From assembly GCA_037447605.1 (NCBI GenBank), contig CM074816.1, positions 310,001 to 374,000 on the forward strand: a stretch of DNA of 64,000 bases. The letters are read 5' to 3'. Origin of the DNA: Zygnema circumcarinatum SAG 698-1b (taxonomy: Eukaryota; Plantae; Zygnematophyceae). Both the position numbers and the translations under genes were made by a program. The notes under the pieces are model-generated. The model did no database searches. It was not told the DNA's origin and saw nothing but the letters and a program-made list of their open reading frames with translations. Positions 47,233 to 59,662 of this stretch are shown here, in pieces; positions within the stretch are counted from its first letter, which is position 1; each line of letters begins with the position of its first letter.

Positions 47233-48405
47233 TCTCTTTGCATGTTTTCACTCTCACTCTCTCCTTCCTCGCTCCAAAATCGAGAGTTAACGGGTGTTTT
47301 AGAAAGTGGGTGTTTCCTCTCCTTTGATTGCACTCTCGTTCTGGAAGGCGTGCAGGTCAACTGGCTGAATGCGCAGATCCAAGAAGTGTGGCCCAACCTC
47401 AACAAAGTAAAGCCCACACTCCCGTTTCATTCAAGCGGATGTGCAGATTATGCGTTAGATTTCTAACATGCATAGCATCTAACGCACCAAAAAATGAACC
47501 CATCTACTTTATCCCAGTCTTCAAGAAGCATTTCCGAAGAAAGGCCAATCTTACAACATGCAATTGCGATTCCTCCCTCTGAACAAGTGCTACATCCACA
47601 GAAGAAAAATAAAATCGACCGTCCAACTCGAACCCGTGCTCAACATCTTCCTTCCTCTCCTTCCCCCCTCTCCCTCTCCCTCTCCCTCTCCCTCCCCCCC
47701 CTCCCTCTCCCTTCCCCTCCCCCCTTCCCCCCCTCCCTCTCCCTCTCCCTCCCCATCCCCCCCTCCCTCTCNNNNNNNNNNCCCTCTCCCTATCCCTCTC
47801 CTTCCCCCTCACCCCCCTCCCTCTCACTTCCCCTCCCCCCTTCCCCCCTCTCCCTCTCCTTCTCCCTCCCCTCTCCCCCCTCTCCCTCTCCTTCTCCCTC
47901 CCCCTCCCCCCCCTCCCTCCCTCTCCTCCCCTCCCCCACTCCATCCTCTCCACCCCTGCGGAGAGTGCAGGCTGCAGCCCACACCGTGAGAGAGAGCCTC
48001 TCCCCCGTGCTGGAGTCGTACCGCGTTGGAGTCATTCGCAGTATCCAAGTGAAGAGCTTCTCTCTCGGCACCACCGGCCCGCGCATAACCGGTTCTAACT
48101 CACTCTTATCCACACCATGAAAAATCATGAAAGACCCAAATGAACATCCTGCTTCTAGTTTGTTCTAAGCCTTCTTCTTCCTCTCTTTCTTTCTTGATTT
48201 CACTATTTCTTTATTTGCTTATAGTTGGTGTATTGGATTAGGGGGTGTGCAGGTGTGCGGGCGTACAGGAGTGGAGAGGATGAGGTGGCGTTGGAGGCAG
48301 AGGTGGATTGGACGAGGAGCCGCGATCAGAGGATGGTGCTGGAAGTGCATACCACTGTGGGAGCCTCCCTCTCTATCAGGGTACTCTCTCTCTCTCTCTG
48401 TCTCT

Positions 48406-48474
<69 letters not shown>

Positions 48475-50723
48475 TTCTCCTGTGCGTTCCTCTGTCTCAC
48501 GCGCTTTGGGGTGAGATGGTGGGAGGAGGAGGGGACGTGCAGATTTCCGATGTGCGGTTTGCTGGTGCGCTAAAAATAATTTTAAAGCCGCTCATGAATC
48601 AGCTGCCCGGGTTCGGGGCTGTGCTTGTATCGCTGCGAGAGGAGGTAAACATTTATTTTTTTTGTTGTTCCTGGGCAGGAAGGTTTGTAGAGCTTTTAGC
48701 AGAAGCATAGTTCTGATGGGAGTGAGTAAGTGACAGTTGGTTTGTTTTCTCCTTTCCACCCAAAGGCAGTCCTGAATAGTTGCTTTGGAAGGCGGACTGA
48801 AAAGAAGAGCTTATCTTATGATGGGGTTTTCTTTGATGGGGCACAAATGGGTTAAATCTGCGGATAGCCAAAGATAGATCTCGGCATCGGACTGCTTGGA
48901 GGAGATATCACCCTCATTCCCGGCATTGAAAAAATGATCGATGTAAGGATTATTCAGCTTCCTTTGGGTCGTTGCTTTATTGAACTCTGTTGTCAAGTAT
49001 AGCCCTTTGAAAAGGGTCGAAGTTGAGAGCTCATTCTGACTTTGTTTAGGGCTTCATTTTTCTCCATTCAGGCAGTGAAGGCTATAGCAAAGGGGTGTGT
49101 ATCTTTTCTGGGGTATGAAATCGTCGAGTGGAACTGGAGCATGTCTGCCACATAGAGAAGGAATGGAAGAGATGTACCATAGAGGAAAGAGAGAAGAGAG
49201 TCATAGAGAGGGAGGGCGGAGAGACAGGGGGAGAAGAGTTGGGAGAGGAGGGGGGGGGAGAGAGAGTGGTGAGTTGCTTAATCTTGACTTCCTCAATTGG
49301 CATGATGCAGAACATCATCAAAGCGTCACTTATGGACACGCTTGTGTGGCCAGCTCGCATCGTTGTTCCCATCGTACCCGGAGATTACAGGTGGCTTAAA
49401 GAAAAAATACTTAAAAAAATTACCATACAGAAGCAAAGCATTATTTCTCACCAACAAGCAGAAGATGAGGTCTGGATGGTAAAGGGGGCCAATGACTTGT
49501 TAGGGTTTGAGGACAGTTTCAAGAGTACGGTGCATTGGAGGTTTTTTTTTAAGCTGTTTGACTTTTTTAATGTTGGTGCTTTGCAGTTCCTTGGAGCTTC
49601 GGCCTATTGGATATCTCGATATTGTGCTGCTGGAAGGAAAGAATATCCCGAAAACCGATATTATCGGGAAATCGGATCCTTTCGTGTTCCTTTACGTTCA
49701 CCAGAAGCAGGGGGAGATTAAGCGGAGCTCAATAAAGATGAATAATCAAAGCCCCATTTGGAACGAATGCTTCTACGTTCAGGCACGTGCTAAACGCACG
49801 AATTTTCAGATTCAATATATTGAGCAGCAGTTGTAAAATAAGAGTGGCCGCTGGACATGGGGGACAATCTGCAAGGTCGTTTTTTTTTTTCAAGTGTTGA
49901 AATTGGGCTGTAGGTTTTGTTGCAAAGAGCTTTTGCTGCGTTAGTGGGAGATTTGTGCTATTCTTTCTGAAAAGGGTATAATTTCTATCGAGAGAGGGAC
50001 ATCTGCAGGTGGAGGATTTACAGTCGCAAGAATTGACTGTACGGCTGATGGACGATGAAAGGTTCGAGAAAGCGGAATACATCGGTTCGCGAAAGTATCC
50101 ATTGAAAGAGGTAAACCAAAGAGCAAAACCAAATTAAGTTTCTACCTTCAAACGGGAGTTTGTTGATACATATAGTGCTCCGAAAATTGACCTATTCTCC
50201 CTTCTTTTCGATGGGGTCTGGGAAACAGTTGGAGCCCCACAAGCCGAAAAACTTGTGGTTGGATATGGTCGCAGACCCCAATAAACCAAAAAGGGGGAGA
50301 ATGCGAGGGAAGCTGCACCTTATAGTGACCTTCATCCCTTACGCTTCTGAAGAGGATGCTCGGAATAGTCCCGCCCTTAAGAGTCGGAGATCGAGCGGTA
50401 AGAAGCAGGGAGACGGAATTCCCTACCAGAGGGCGAAGGAGGGGAAGATAGGAGAGGAGCACATGGCGGAGGGAGAGAAGGCGCCGGAGCCGGTTGGAAT
50501 GTTTGGTTGGATGTCGAAAATTTTCCCAATTCCCTGCTCTCCGCCTGCGAGTGCGGGAGAGCCGAAAGAGAACGAAGAGATGCTGGCGAAGAAGATTGCG
50601 GCGGAGGCGGGCGTGGAGAGCGAAGCGGTGGAGGGAGGGAGCGGGCAGAGGGAGGGGGAGGGAGGGGAGGGAGGGGAGGGAGGGGAGGGGGTGGTGGAGG
50701 GCAGCGGAGGGGCGGGCTTCTGA
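46447..50723 (+). CDS. SYT: Plant synaptotagmin, SYT4/5-like (TM-SMP-C2), with a single C2 domain
   Basis: Exons 46447-46635 (TM), 47015-47125, 47356-47406 (VNWLN..WP), 47971-48091, 48253-48380, 48543-48644, 48868-48942, 49311-49390 (WPARIVVPIVPGDY), 49587-49782 (C2: GKSDPFV...PIWNE), 50009-50110 and 50229-50723. Introns 47126-47355 and 49783-50008 use GC donors. The start codon is uncertain. Confidence 0.92.
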
Positions 50724-50736
50724 TGGGGCGTTCGCT

Positions 50737-51011
50737 ATGTATGGCATGGGATGGGATGGGATGGGATGGGATTGGATGGGATGGTATGGGATGGTACGGG
50801 ATGTGATGGTATGGGATGGTACGGGATGGGATGGTATGGGATGGTACGGGATGGGATGGTATGGGATGGGATGGTATGGGATGGGATGGTAATGGGATGG
50901 TATGGGATGGTACGGGATGGGATGGTATGGGATGGGATGGTAATGGGATTGTATGGGATGGTATGGGTTGGTATGGGGTGGTATGTTATGTTATGGTATG
51001 GTATGGTATGG
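50737..51011. repeat. Degenerate pentamer satellite (ATGGG/ATGGT)n
   Basis: About 275 bp of GGGAT/GGTAT units immediately after the SYT stop. Confidence 0.93.
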
Positions 51012-51842
51012 AGGACGTGGAACTCTATAATATTTAAACTAGAGACTGCCTTCCTTTTTTTTGTATTATTAACAAAGAAAAGGTTGATGATGGTCGCCCA
51101 ACATGGAAAGCCATGAGGGACAATGCATGAACATGCATGTGGGGTTCATATGTTCTTTCTGTACAATGTTTGACAAAGGAAATTATTTAAGCTCCAATGC
51201 ACACACCCTCAACTATAGAATTTATAGGTAAACACTGGAGTCCACCTGAAGATCCACCGGCGTTGATCCGATTCCACCGTCGGCAAATCTGGTTCGACCT
51301 GCTCTTTTCTGCCACCTGGCACCATCCGTTGCAACCTCCCTCCGTCCCTAAGTGGTGGTACCAACGTCAGCAGCGTCCGCTACTGTAAAAAGCGTCCCGT
51401 ACCTCGCGCCCGCCGAAAAATATCGAGACAGGGACGCCTGCGATACGGCCTGCAGGAGACGCTGGTGTGCGAGGTATCGGAAACGGGAGGACGGTAGGGA
51501 GACTCTGCGGACGCCTGTCCCCTGAAAAGGACTTGTGAGGCGGTCGAGGGATACTTTGGCGGGCGTCCGCTGAGCGGAAGATAAACTGACCAATCACAGA
51601 CAGCCACGTAATAGCGCTGTACACGTGGCATATAATGATTGGTTTTTTTTTGAACCGGTATTTTCAATGGAGATCCACCCTTTGCGCCTTTTTCCACGGC
51701 AGACAAAACGTGGCAAGGAGCCATTGGAGGATACTCACCATATTGAGGCGTGGCGAAAGAAGAACCTTCCGGTGCAGACAGAGAAGTCTGAGTGACAGTC
51801 TCTGGAGGGAGGGGTGAGCAGGCGGGGCAGGAGGTTGCAGGT

Positions 51843-52235
51843 ATGGGATATACATCTGGCGCAATTTTCTTCCTTATTTGGAAGTTTCGGATGTATTGGT
51901 CAAACAAGGCAATAACGACCAGCATTTGCTGGTTTTTTTTAATTGGTTTTGGTGGTGGATGTGCTTATCTGTGGCTTGTGCTGATGGGCCTGCAACTGTA
52001 CAGTAGCTGGACGGCCTCTCCTGCAGCGAAAGAAAATAATGAAGCTATAAAGGAAGACGATTGGATGTTGGAAAACAATGAAGTCGAGCGGGACAGCGAA
52101 CAAGAGAGAGCGGACGAGAGAGAGCAGAAGAGGGAGCAGGAGAGGTATCAGGAGAGAGAGAGCAAGAGAGAGCGCAGGAGAGAGTGCAGGAGAGAGTACA
52201 GGATAGAGAGCAGGAGAGGCAGCTGTCAATCCTGA
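51843..52235 (+). CDS. Possible small membrane protein with two hydrophobic segments and an E/R-rich tail
   Basis: GAIFFLIWKF...SICWFFLIGFGGGCAYLWLVLMGLQLY, then a charged low-complexity tail. No family recognised with confidence; it may be the last exon of a longer gene or spurious. Confidence 0.3.
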   Translation: MGYTSGAIFFLIWKFRMYWSNKAITTSICWFFLIGFGGGCAYLWLVLMGLQLYSSWTASPAAKENNEAIKEDDWMLENNEVERDSEQERADEREQKREQERYQERESKRERRRECRREYRIESRRGSCQS

Positions 52236-52908
52236 GCTAGGCCTTGTGCTCCCGCCCTATCGCTGTGTTTCTCGCTCCCCTCTCTTGCCCCCCTCCCTCT
52301 CGGCATGCCCTTTCCCAACCGCCCCTGTCCACCACTTTCTTCTCAGTCTCTCCTCTCTTCCTCCGTCCTTCCACGCTGACTTATTTTCCTTCATGGCCGA
52401 AGCAGCAGCTAATCTTTCATTTACTGCAATAATATTGCCCTGGACTGCAAGCGCTTTTCCGATTTTCGGAGGTTAATCAGTAAATAGCTTTTTTCTCCGC
52501 TATAACCAAAGAACTCATGGTTGAAGTTTCTCCGTTCGCCATTTAAAAAATGCTTCGTACTGGCGCTCATTACGGCTCATATTGAGAAAAAAATAATTTT
52601 CCCACCTTTTAAGCATAATGCCCGACAAAATAGTCGCGGAAATGAGCCTTTGATTTTTATTTGGCAGTCAAATTCGGACTGAGGAAATGATCCTGCATTC
52701 TTAATTTGGCTGCCAACACCAAGATCAAAGCTCAGGCAACAAATAGAGACTTTTGTGTCTTAATCTCATCTTGCAATTGCGTGCTTATGTGCGAATGCAT
52801 ATGTGTATACCTACGGAGAAGGAGAAGATAAAGAAGATAAAAAGATTTTGTAAGTGATCCGCTCACTTCCTTCCCTTTTTTCGATTCTGCGCTTTCAGGA
52901 TGGAAGCC

Positions 52909-55900
52909 ATGGCATCCTGCAAGAGTCTGACTCTCTTGCATGCCCCGAGATTGTTACCAATTGATGCAAATGGCGGCCGTTCTACACCATTGTATCGGGA
53001 GAACTCTAGTCAGCGCCAGATACTTCACTGCTATGGCTTGCAGGGCTTGAGTGTAAGACAGAAATTTGCAGCAACTGATTTTCGAAAGAGGCGGATTTCA
53101 ATCAGTTGCGCGAGTGAGACCCCAGAAGGCGACAGCAGAGTTTCGGAGGCTCAAGATGACACAAAGGAACCTTCTCCAGGGGGTGACGGGCAGTCTGTCG
53201 GAGAAAGGGTCTCCGACAGTGGAGGGAAAGCGGAATCAATGCCCAAAGCATCTTTGAATGGGAAAAGGTCTGATATCGGTGGGGCGGGTTTGAAAGCTTC
53301 GAGTGGGTGGCAGTCGCACGGAACTGGTGCGCCGAGAGACAGATTTGGGGGTTGGGGGGCACCAATTGAGCTTGAAAAGGGGAAGTCAGACTTGACTGAG
53401 CTTGCAGGTAATTATCTTCTGGTGGCAGTAAGCAGTGCCGCCTAGCAATGACGTTCCCCTTAGCGTGCCTAAGAGAAAAAGCTAACAAACTGAAACTCGT
53501 GGTATTCGTCCAATGCCTGTGCTAGCTGAATGCCGTCTATTTCTTTTTCGTCGTTTTTATTTTTTTTTGGTCGTGGGTACCATGAAGAATGCTTTCGCCA
53601 GCCCTTCTTTTCTCAAAGACAATTTGACCATTAAAGAGATTGTGAACACGTTTCCATTTCCATGGCAGGTCTTCCAGAAATATTGGCATCTTTGGTTATT
53701 GCTGCTAGCATTGCTGCTGTTGGCTACGCAGCATACAGCAGACGAGGTGGGCATTATGTCAACCATCTGCCTGTTTAAAATGGATCTGAGATTTTTTTTT
53801 GGGAATTCATAAAGATGTATAAGTTTAACTTTGCGAAGCCAAATTCTAAACAAGTTGGGGCGATTTTTCTAGTTTCGTTTTCCCTATTACATGTTTTCCA
53901 GCAGCTGATTGACTGCGACTTGGTTTTGACTTGATTGTCTTGCCTTATGCAGGCACCCAAGTCCATCTGTATCCGGACATTCCGGCAGTCGAGAAAGTGT
54001 TAGATTTAGGTTCAGAAGCAGCAGTAGCTAGCGATAGACAAGAAGCTGCAAGCAGAGGGTCCGAACAAACAAGGGAGGATCATATTGAACAGCAATCAAA
54101 AAGTGAAGCGGAAAATCAAGAAGCTGAAGCTGCGGCCACTCGCATGAATGAAGACAAAGAGCATGGACGAACTGAAGAAAGAAGTGCAGAAATGGAAGCT
54201 GTGTATGGAGACAACGAAGGAGCTGAAGAATTAGAGAAGAGTGAACTGGTGGACCCTACTGCAGGCAACGGAGTGAAAACTGAGGGGGGATCACTGCAAC
54301 ATCATGATGTACCGGCTGAGGATGTCCAGCAGAACGAAGACTTCAAGCTATCTCCGATTGTCGAAGAAATTTCAGAGGATTCTGTTAGTATGGAAGAAAT
54401 AGTGGTCGTGCAAGTCTCTGCAGAACAACCACATTCACAGGATTTAGTCAGCGCAGAAGCTGAAACGCAGCAGAGACTGACAAGAAAAGTTAGCCCTCCT
54501 GCCCCCATTTCCGGGGGAGTTAATTTGGGTAAAGGAATCCTACCAAAGGTGGTGGTTCCAGCGATGGTGGATCCTGTACAGGCACAGGCTTTAGAAGCAC
54601 TGCAAGCCCTCAAGGTGTCTTGTTTGAACCTACTCTTGCTAATGTGCTGCTGTTGTTGTCCGCCTATTTCTGCTTCTGCCTCTGCATCTCCCCCTTCCTT
54701 ACACCTCTCTCCCTTTCGTGCTTCTCGCCCCCTTACTTCTGTCGCTCTCTCTCTCTCTGCTTCTGCTTCCCTTCTCCCTTACATCTCACCTTCTATCCCC
54801 TCTCGTTTCCCCTTCCCTTCCTCCCCATCCTCCCCATCCCCTTCTCCAACCCCACCGCTCCCCTTTCCCATGTCCGCACCTCCCCTTCCCACTCATTCCC
54901 CCCTCCTTCTCTTTCACCCTCTCCCTCACCCCCTCTTTCCCGTACCTGACCGATCTCCCCCTCGCTGCTCCTCTCTCCTTCCCCGTGAAGTTGTGAAGTC
55001 GTTGTGTCGTTTTGATTCAAGCACATAACGGAGGCCTAGTAATGAGGTTATATTCGTGGGCGGAAAATGGAGAAATAGTTACTGTCGATGTTGAATGTCG
55101 GCTGCCTAAGTCTACTGTAGCCTGAAAAAAATCATCTTACAGCAAATGCTTTTATGTCTTTGTGTGACACGAAGTCAGTCCTCGTCCCAAAGTCTTACCT
55201 GGGAAAGGTTTGGCGTGAAAGGAATGCACAGGTGGTGGAAGCCGATGTTGACCCGGCGGGAATCTGCACTCGGAGAGAATATGCTCGATGGGTTGTCACG
55301 GCAAGCACCGTCCTTAGCAGGTAAATAGTGAGAGAGAGTGAGAGTTTGAGTGTGTTATATTTTGTGGTAGTGGATGGACTGGAAAGGTTTGTCTGCCTCT
55401 GCTACTCTTGTCAATGCTGAAAGTCCAACAATATTGTCCAGAACGTTTGTTTTTTATTTTTATCCACTTGGAAGGTTTCTCCATTTTTTGGCAACTTTTC
55501 GCCTACCTTCGATTCTATGCTGGAAGTTCGCCATGTCTACATAATGTTTTGGCCCTTGCTAGCTTTCTTATTTGTTTGTTATAGCAGCAATGTCTTTGCT
55601 AACAATGAACACATCTTTGAGTCCTTTAAGACATGCAGGAGACCGCGTTTTTCCGTCGATGTTTGTGGAGGGCATAACAGAGTTGGCCTTTGATGACGTG
55701 CTTCCAGAGGACCCGGACTTTCCAGCAATTCAAGGTAAGCTAAGAGTTTTGAAGACCAATAACATGGTAGTGCAGTTTCCGCCACTGTTCCTCACAATGA
55801 TTTGATCTATTTCCACTCCTGCTTGCAGGCTTGGCCGAAGCAGGGTTGGTATCGAGCAAGTTGTCTCGCAAAGATATTGGCTGTGAAATCAATCCTATTC

Positions 55901-58577
55901 AGCCGGGATGTAGTGGGGACACCTCTACCTTCTTCCACCCTGACAGGTGAGAGACATGGCCACATTCAGAGCTCTTGTTAATGGCTACCTCTGTAAATGT
56001 GAGTTTCCAGAGCTTCTCTATTATGAACTGTTGGGTGGTTTCGAGGAAGTGGGACATCTGATAGTTGTGTCTTGTATTTGGTTAAGCAAGCTGGGTAAAT
56101 AAGTTTTTGGAACAAGCTGATGTTTGTGGGCTTATTGTGTGCAGTCCTTTGACGAGACAAGACCTGATAAGCTGGAAAGTGTCTTTAGAGCATCACAAAT
56201 TGGCGCCGACAAGTGTAGATGTAAGATTCTTGAATATCTGCATTGCACGTGAACATAAGTGTCTGTTTCTAATCTGGAAATGGATGCTGCTTGCTTACGC
56301 ACTGTTGACACTCCTTTGCTCGCAAAATTTTGGAAACGTTCAACACGTGCCATCAATATCATGCAATAATCTAAGGGCAGGAAATATCATTTCAAGTTTA
56401 GAATATTTTTTGTGTAGTATATCACGATTCTCCATTCCAGTATCAAGGTGGTGGACAATCTTGTGGTGTAGAATCTGCGAAAAAGAGTGCTTCTACACTC
56501 AGTCGGTTCTTCAGAGCTTTACAAATAATAAGAATCCACAGTACCCATAATCAGAATAATAATCATAATCAGAACGTTGCTTAAGAAAAAGACTTGAAAA
56601 AGCAAGCGTTTCCAAACGTGTGTAAATGGCTTTTGGTGTTCGGTTTTTTATATAAATTGCTTGTCATTCACCCACGCAGGATTTAAAGAAGGTTTCCAAC
56701 TTCATTGACATCAAACGTATTGATAAAGATGCTTTACCGGCAGTAGCTTACGACTTATCTCTAGGGGAAAAGAGCCTTATTACAGCAACTTTTGGTAAGT
56801 CGGCACTTCACTTCTCCTTCCCTGTCTGCCTGATTGCATTGTGTTGCCCACAATCAGAGGAGAGGCCAAAGAGAGGCAAATGTGTCTGCAGCTTACGTAC
56901 ATTGTCCCTAGACTTCATCAGTATTTTTCTGTTCGAGTTAGTTGTGATGACATGACATCCATACTTGTTTATGACACTCCAAATTAGCGAGTGAAAACAT
57001 TATCTGTGTGTTCTTTGTGCAGGTTTCACTAGGAGATTTGAACCGATGAAGCCTGTAACGCGAGCACAGGTTGCCTGCACGTTGGCTTTGGGAGAATCTG
57101 CTGAACTGGTGGGAGAAGAACTTGAACGCATCAACTATGAGCGGATGGCGGAAGAAGCGGTGCAGGCAGCAGATGAAGCAGAAGCAGAGGAGGCGAGGGC
57201 TGAGCAGGAGGCAGTGGATGCCGCAAAGAGAGATTTGGCAGTAGAACGTCAAAGGAGGGAAGATGCCGAAAAAGCAGTGGAAGCAGTCAGGCAGGAGCTG
57301 AGGATGGCGGAAGAACAGAGGCAAGAGGAAAAGGAAAGCATTATCAAGACGAAGGTGGGTGTTTGCAATTGGGTTTTCTCGAGTACAAGCATCATTGGTT
57401 GAGGGTGGTTTCAGCTTTCTTTTACGTGGGTTTTTAAAATGACTGCACGACCTGTTGCAGGGAGTTGTTGAAACCGAGCGTGGACTCCTCGAAGACTTGA
57501 AGAGAAGCACGGAAGAGCAGATGGCGTTGCTGTCTAGCAGTAAACAAGGATTACAAGCTGAGAAAAAACTCCTGCAGGAGCTGAGAGCCATGGCCGAGGC
57601 CGAGCGGGAGGCAACTATTCGGGTGAAGGCAGAAATGGCGGCAGAGAAAGAAGCGCTTCTAACAGCAAGGTGTGTGATAAGGAACACACTCTGTAAATGA
57701 AGTTGGACAAGTAAAATGCATTAGGTTTCAAACTTAGTGGGAAAATAGAGTGTGGTTAGGTCCGATTGACAGTAAGCAGATTACAAGCATCCCATGGCCC
57801 AAAAGCTCTTGAAGGAATGGCGGTTGCAGCTATGGTGCCAGCAACTGCGCTGAAACTTGCATTGTGGATAATCGTTAATGTTTCAGCTTGCCACTGTGTG
57901 CACTGGGAAACGAGAGACCCACGAGGAGAGGGTGGGAGAGCGAGTGTGAGAGAGGGAGTGGGGAGAGGAGGGGGGCCGGGGGGGAGAGAGGTGAGAAAAA
58001 GAGAGTGGGAGAGGGAATGGGAGAGGGGTTGAGGGAGAGAGAGATAGTGGGGGGGGGGGAGGTCCACGTTGTATGAATGGACGTTTTAACGTCATTCGTC
58101 TTGATCCATTCCTCAACCTGCAGGGCACGAGCTGAGGACGAATCTAGAAAAGCCATGGATGAAGCGAAGAAGCTGCAAGCAGTGAGGAGGGAGCTTGGAG
58201 CGAATTCGGAGAGCCTACCGGGCACCCTTGAGAAGCTGTCTGCGGGTGAAGTCAGACCCCTCCCAAAGTGGCCAAATGTGCCGTCTGATGAACCCGAGAG
58301 TGCAACGGAAGGCCAAGCCGGGCCCCTCTTCAATGCCGAAAATTTATTGAACAGAGGGAAGGAGCTTCGTACTAGGGCAGGAGCCGCTGTGGAGGGGGCA
58401 GTGGCAACGACAACAGAGATGGTAAGCTCTGCTGTGAAGGGAGTGGGAGAGGTTACGGGGGGAGCCCAAGAGAAGGCGGGACATGCAGCTTCTGCTGTGG
58501 CAGATGGGGTGAAGAAGGCGGCGCAGGATGTGAAGGAGGAGGCTGTGAAGTTCGCTCAGTGGTTGAAGCTCTCTTGA
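52909..58577 (+). CDS. Plastid-targeted S-layer homology (SLH) domain protein with TM helix and coiled-coil tail
   Basis: Exons 52909-53407, 53669-53746 (TM), 53953-54614 (VPAMVDPVQAQALEALQALK), 55232-55320 (CTRREYARW), 55631-55734 (AFDDVLPEDPDFPAIQG), 55829-55946 (LAEAG), 56145-56220 (PLTRQDLISWK), 56680-56794, 57023-57354 (FEPMKPVTRAQ), 57461-57669 and 58124-58577. Resembles the conserved land-plant SLH family. Confidence 0.9.
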
Positions 58578-59662
58578 GGGCCTGCCAAAATTTTGGATAT
58601 GGGAAGGAGGGTAGGGTAGGACTTGGGAACAAGTTAGGGAGGTGGTATATAGAGAGAGAAAGATTGGGTTGAGTCGAGTACGCTTGTCCCCCATGTAAAC
58701 GAGTAAAAAAAGTTTCAAGTTTTGGGATTTAGCCTTTTTTCTTGTTTGTGTACACATTCTTTGCCCACGGGACTGCAATAAGAATTCCTCTGATGTCATT
58801 GCTCATAATTGCATGTAGCCATGTCGATTATGTCCCATGCATGCACGGGTCATCATGCCTCTGTTATTAAAAGAGGGATGGAATTGGCATTGATCTCACA
58901 ATGGCGATGCCATCACATGTACGTGGACGAAACCAACATGCAGAAGCAAGGGAAATTGGTCACACATGACCCAAGACCCCGCCTCTTCCTTTGCCACTGC
59001 GACAATCCCATCACATTATGAGCCAGTGCGTTTACCGCCTGCACATCGACAAATGCAACGAGGAGAGCCCCCAAAACAAAGGCCCATTGCGAGCTGGAAC
59101 TGGCTCGGAGTAAGGCGAAGGCTTAAAAAGTGACCAAATTGGTCCCTTGGTGCGAGAGTGAAGGAAGGAAAATGGCATCACGATCGCGAGGCCATTCATA
59201 TGTACATGGACAAAAGCAGCATGGGGAACCACGAAGGACCAGTCCCTCGTGGTTCCACATGAAGAGCTCCATTCTCTCTCTCCCTCTCTCTCCCTCTCGA
59301 GTGGCTCAACAACCGAAAGTGCTCGTCCATCACATCTTACGCAGTTCAGTGAAGTCCAACCCTCCGTTCACATGACGTCCTGAAACAGTTGCGTGGCGCA
59401 GTAAACTGGCAGCACGGAGCCGCGCTTTCAGCTGTTGCCCGTCGGAGAGTTCCAGCTCTTCCAGAAGAGGACGTCTCCTTCCCCGCTCCTCCCCCGTTGA
59501 CTGCCCTCTCTCCAGCCCTCTCCCTCTCCCTCTCCGGATCCTCCTCTTTTTTTTTCCTTCTCGTTCTGCCCACCCTCTCCTTCCCTTCCCTTCTCCTACC
59601 CTTTTCCCCTTCTCCGCTCTCTGCCCCTCTTTCTCGCCACCCTCTGCTCCCGACTACCAACG

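Noticed and set aside
50494-51116. Gly/Met/Trp-rich ORFs
   Set aside because: They derive from the ATGGG/ATGGT satellite.
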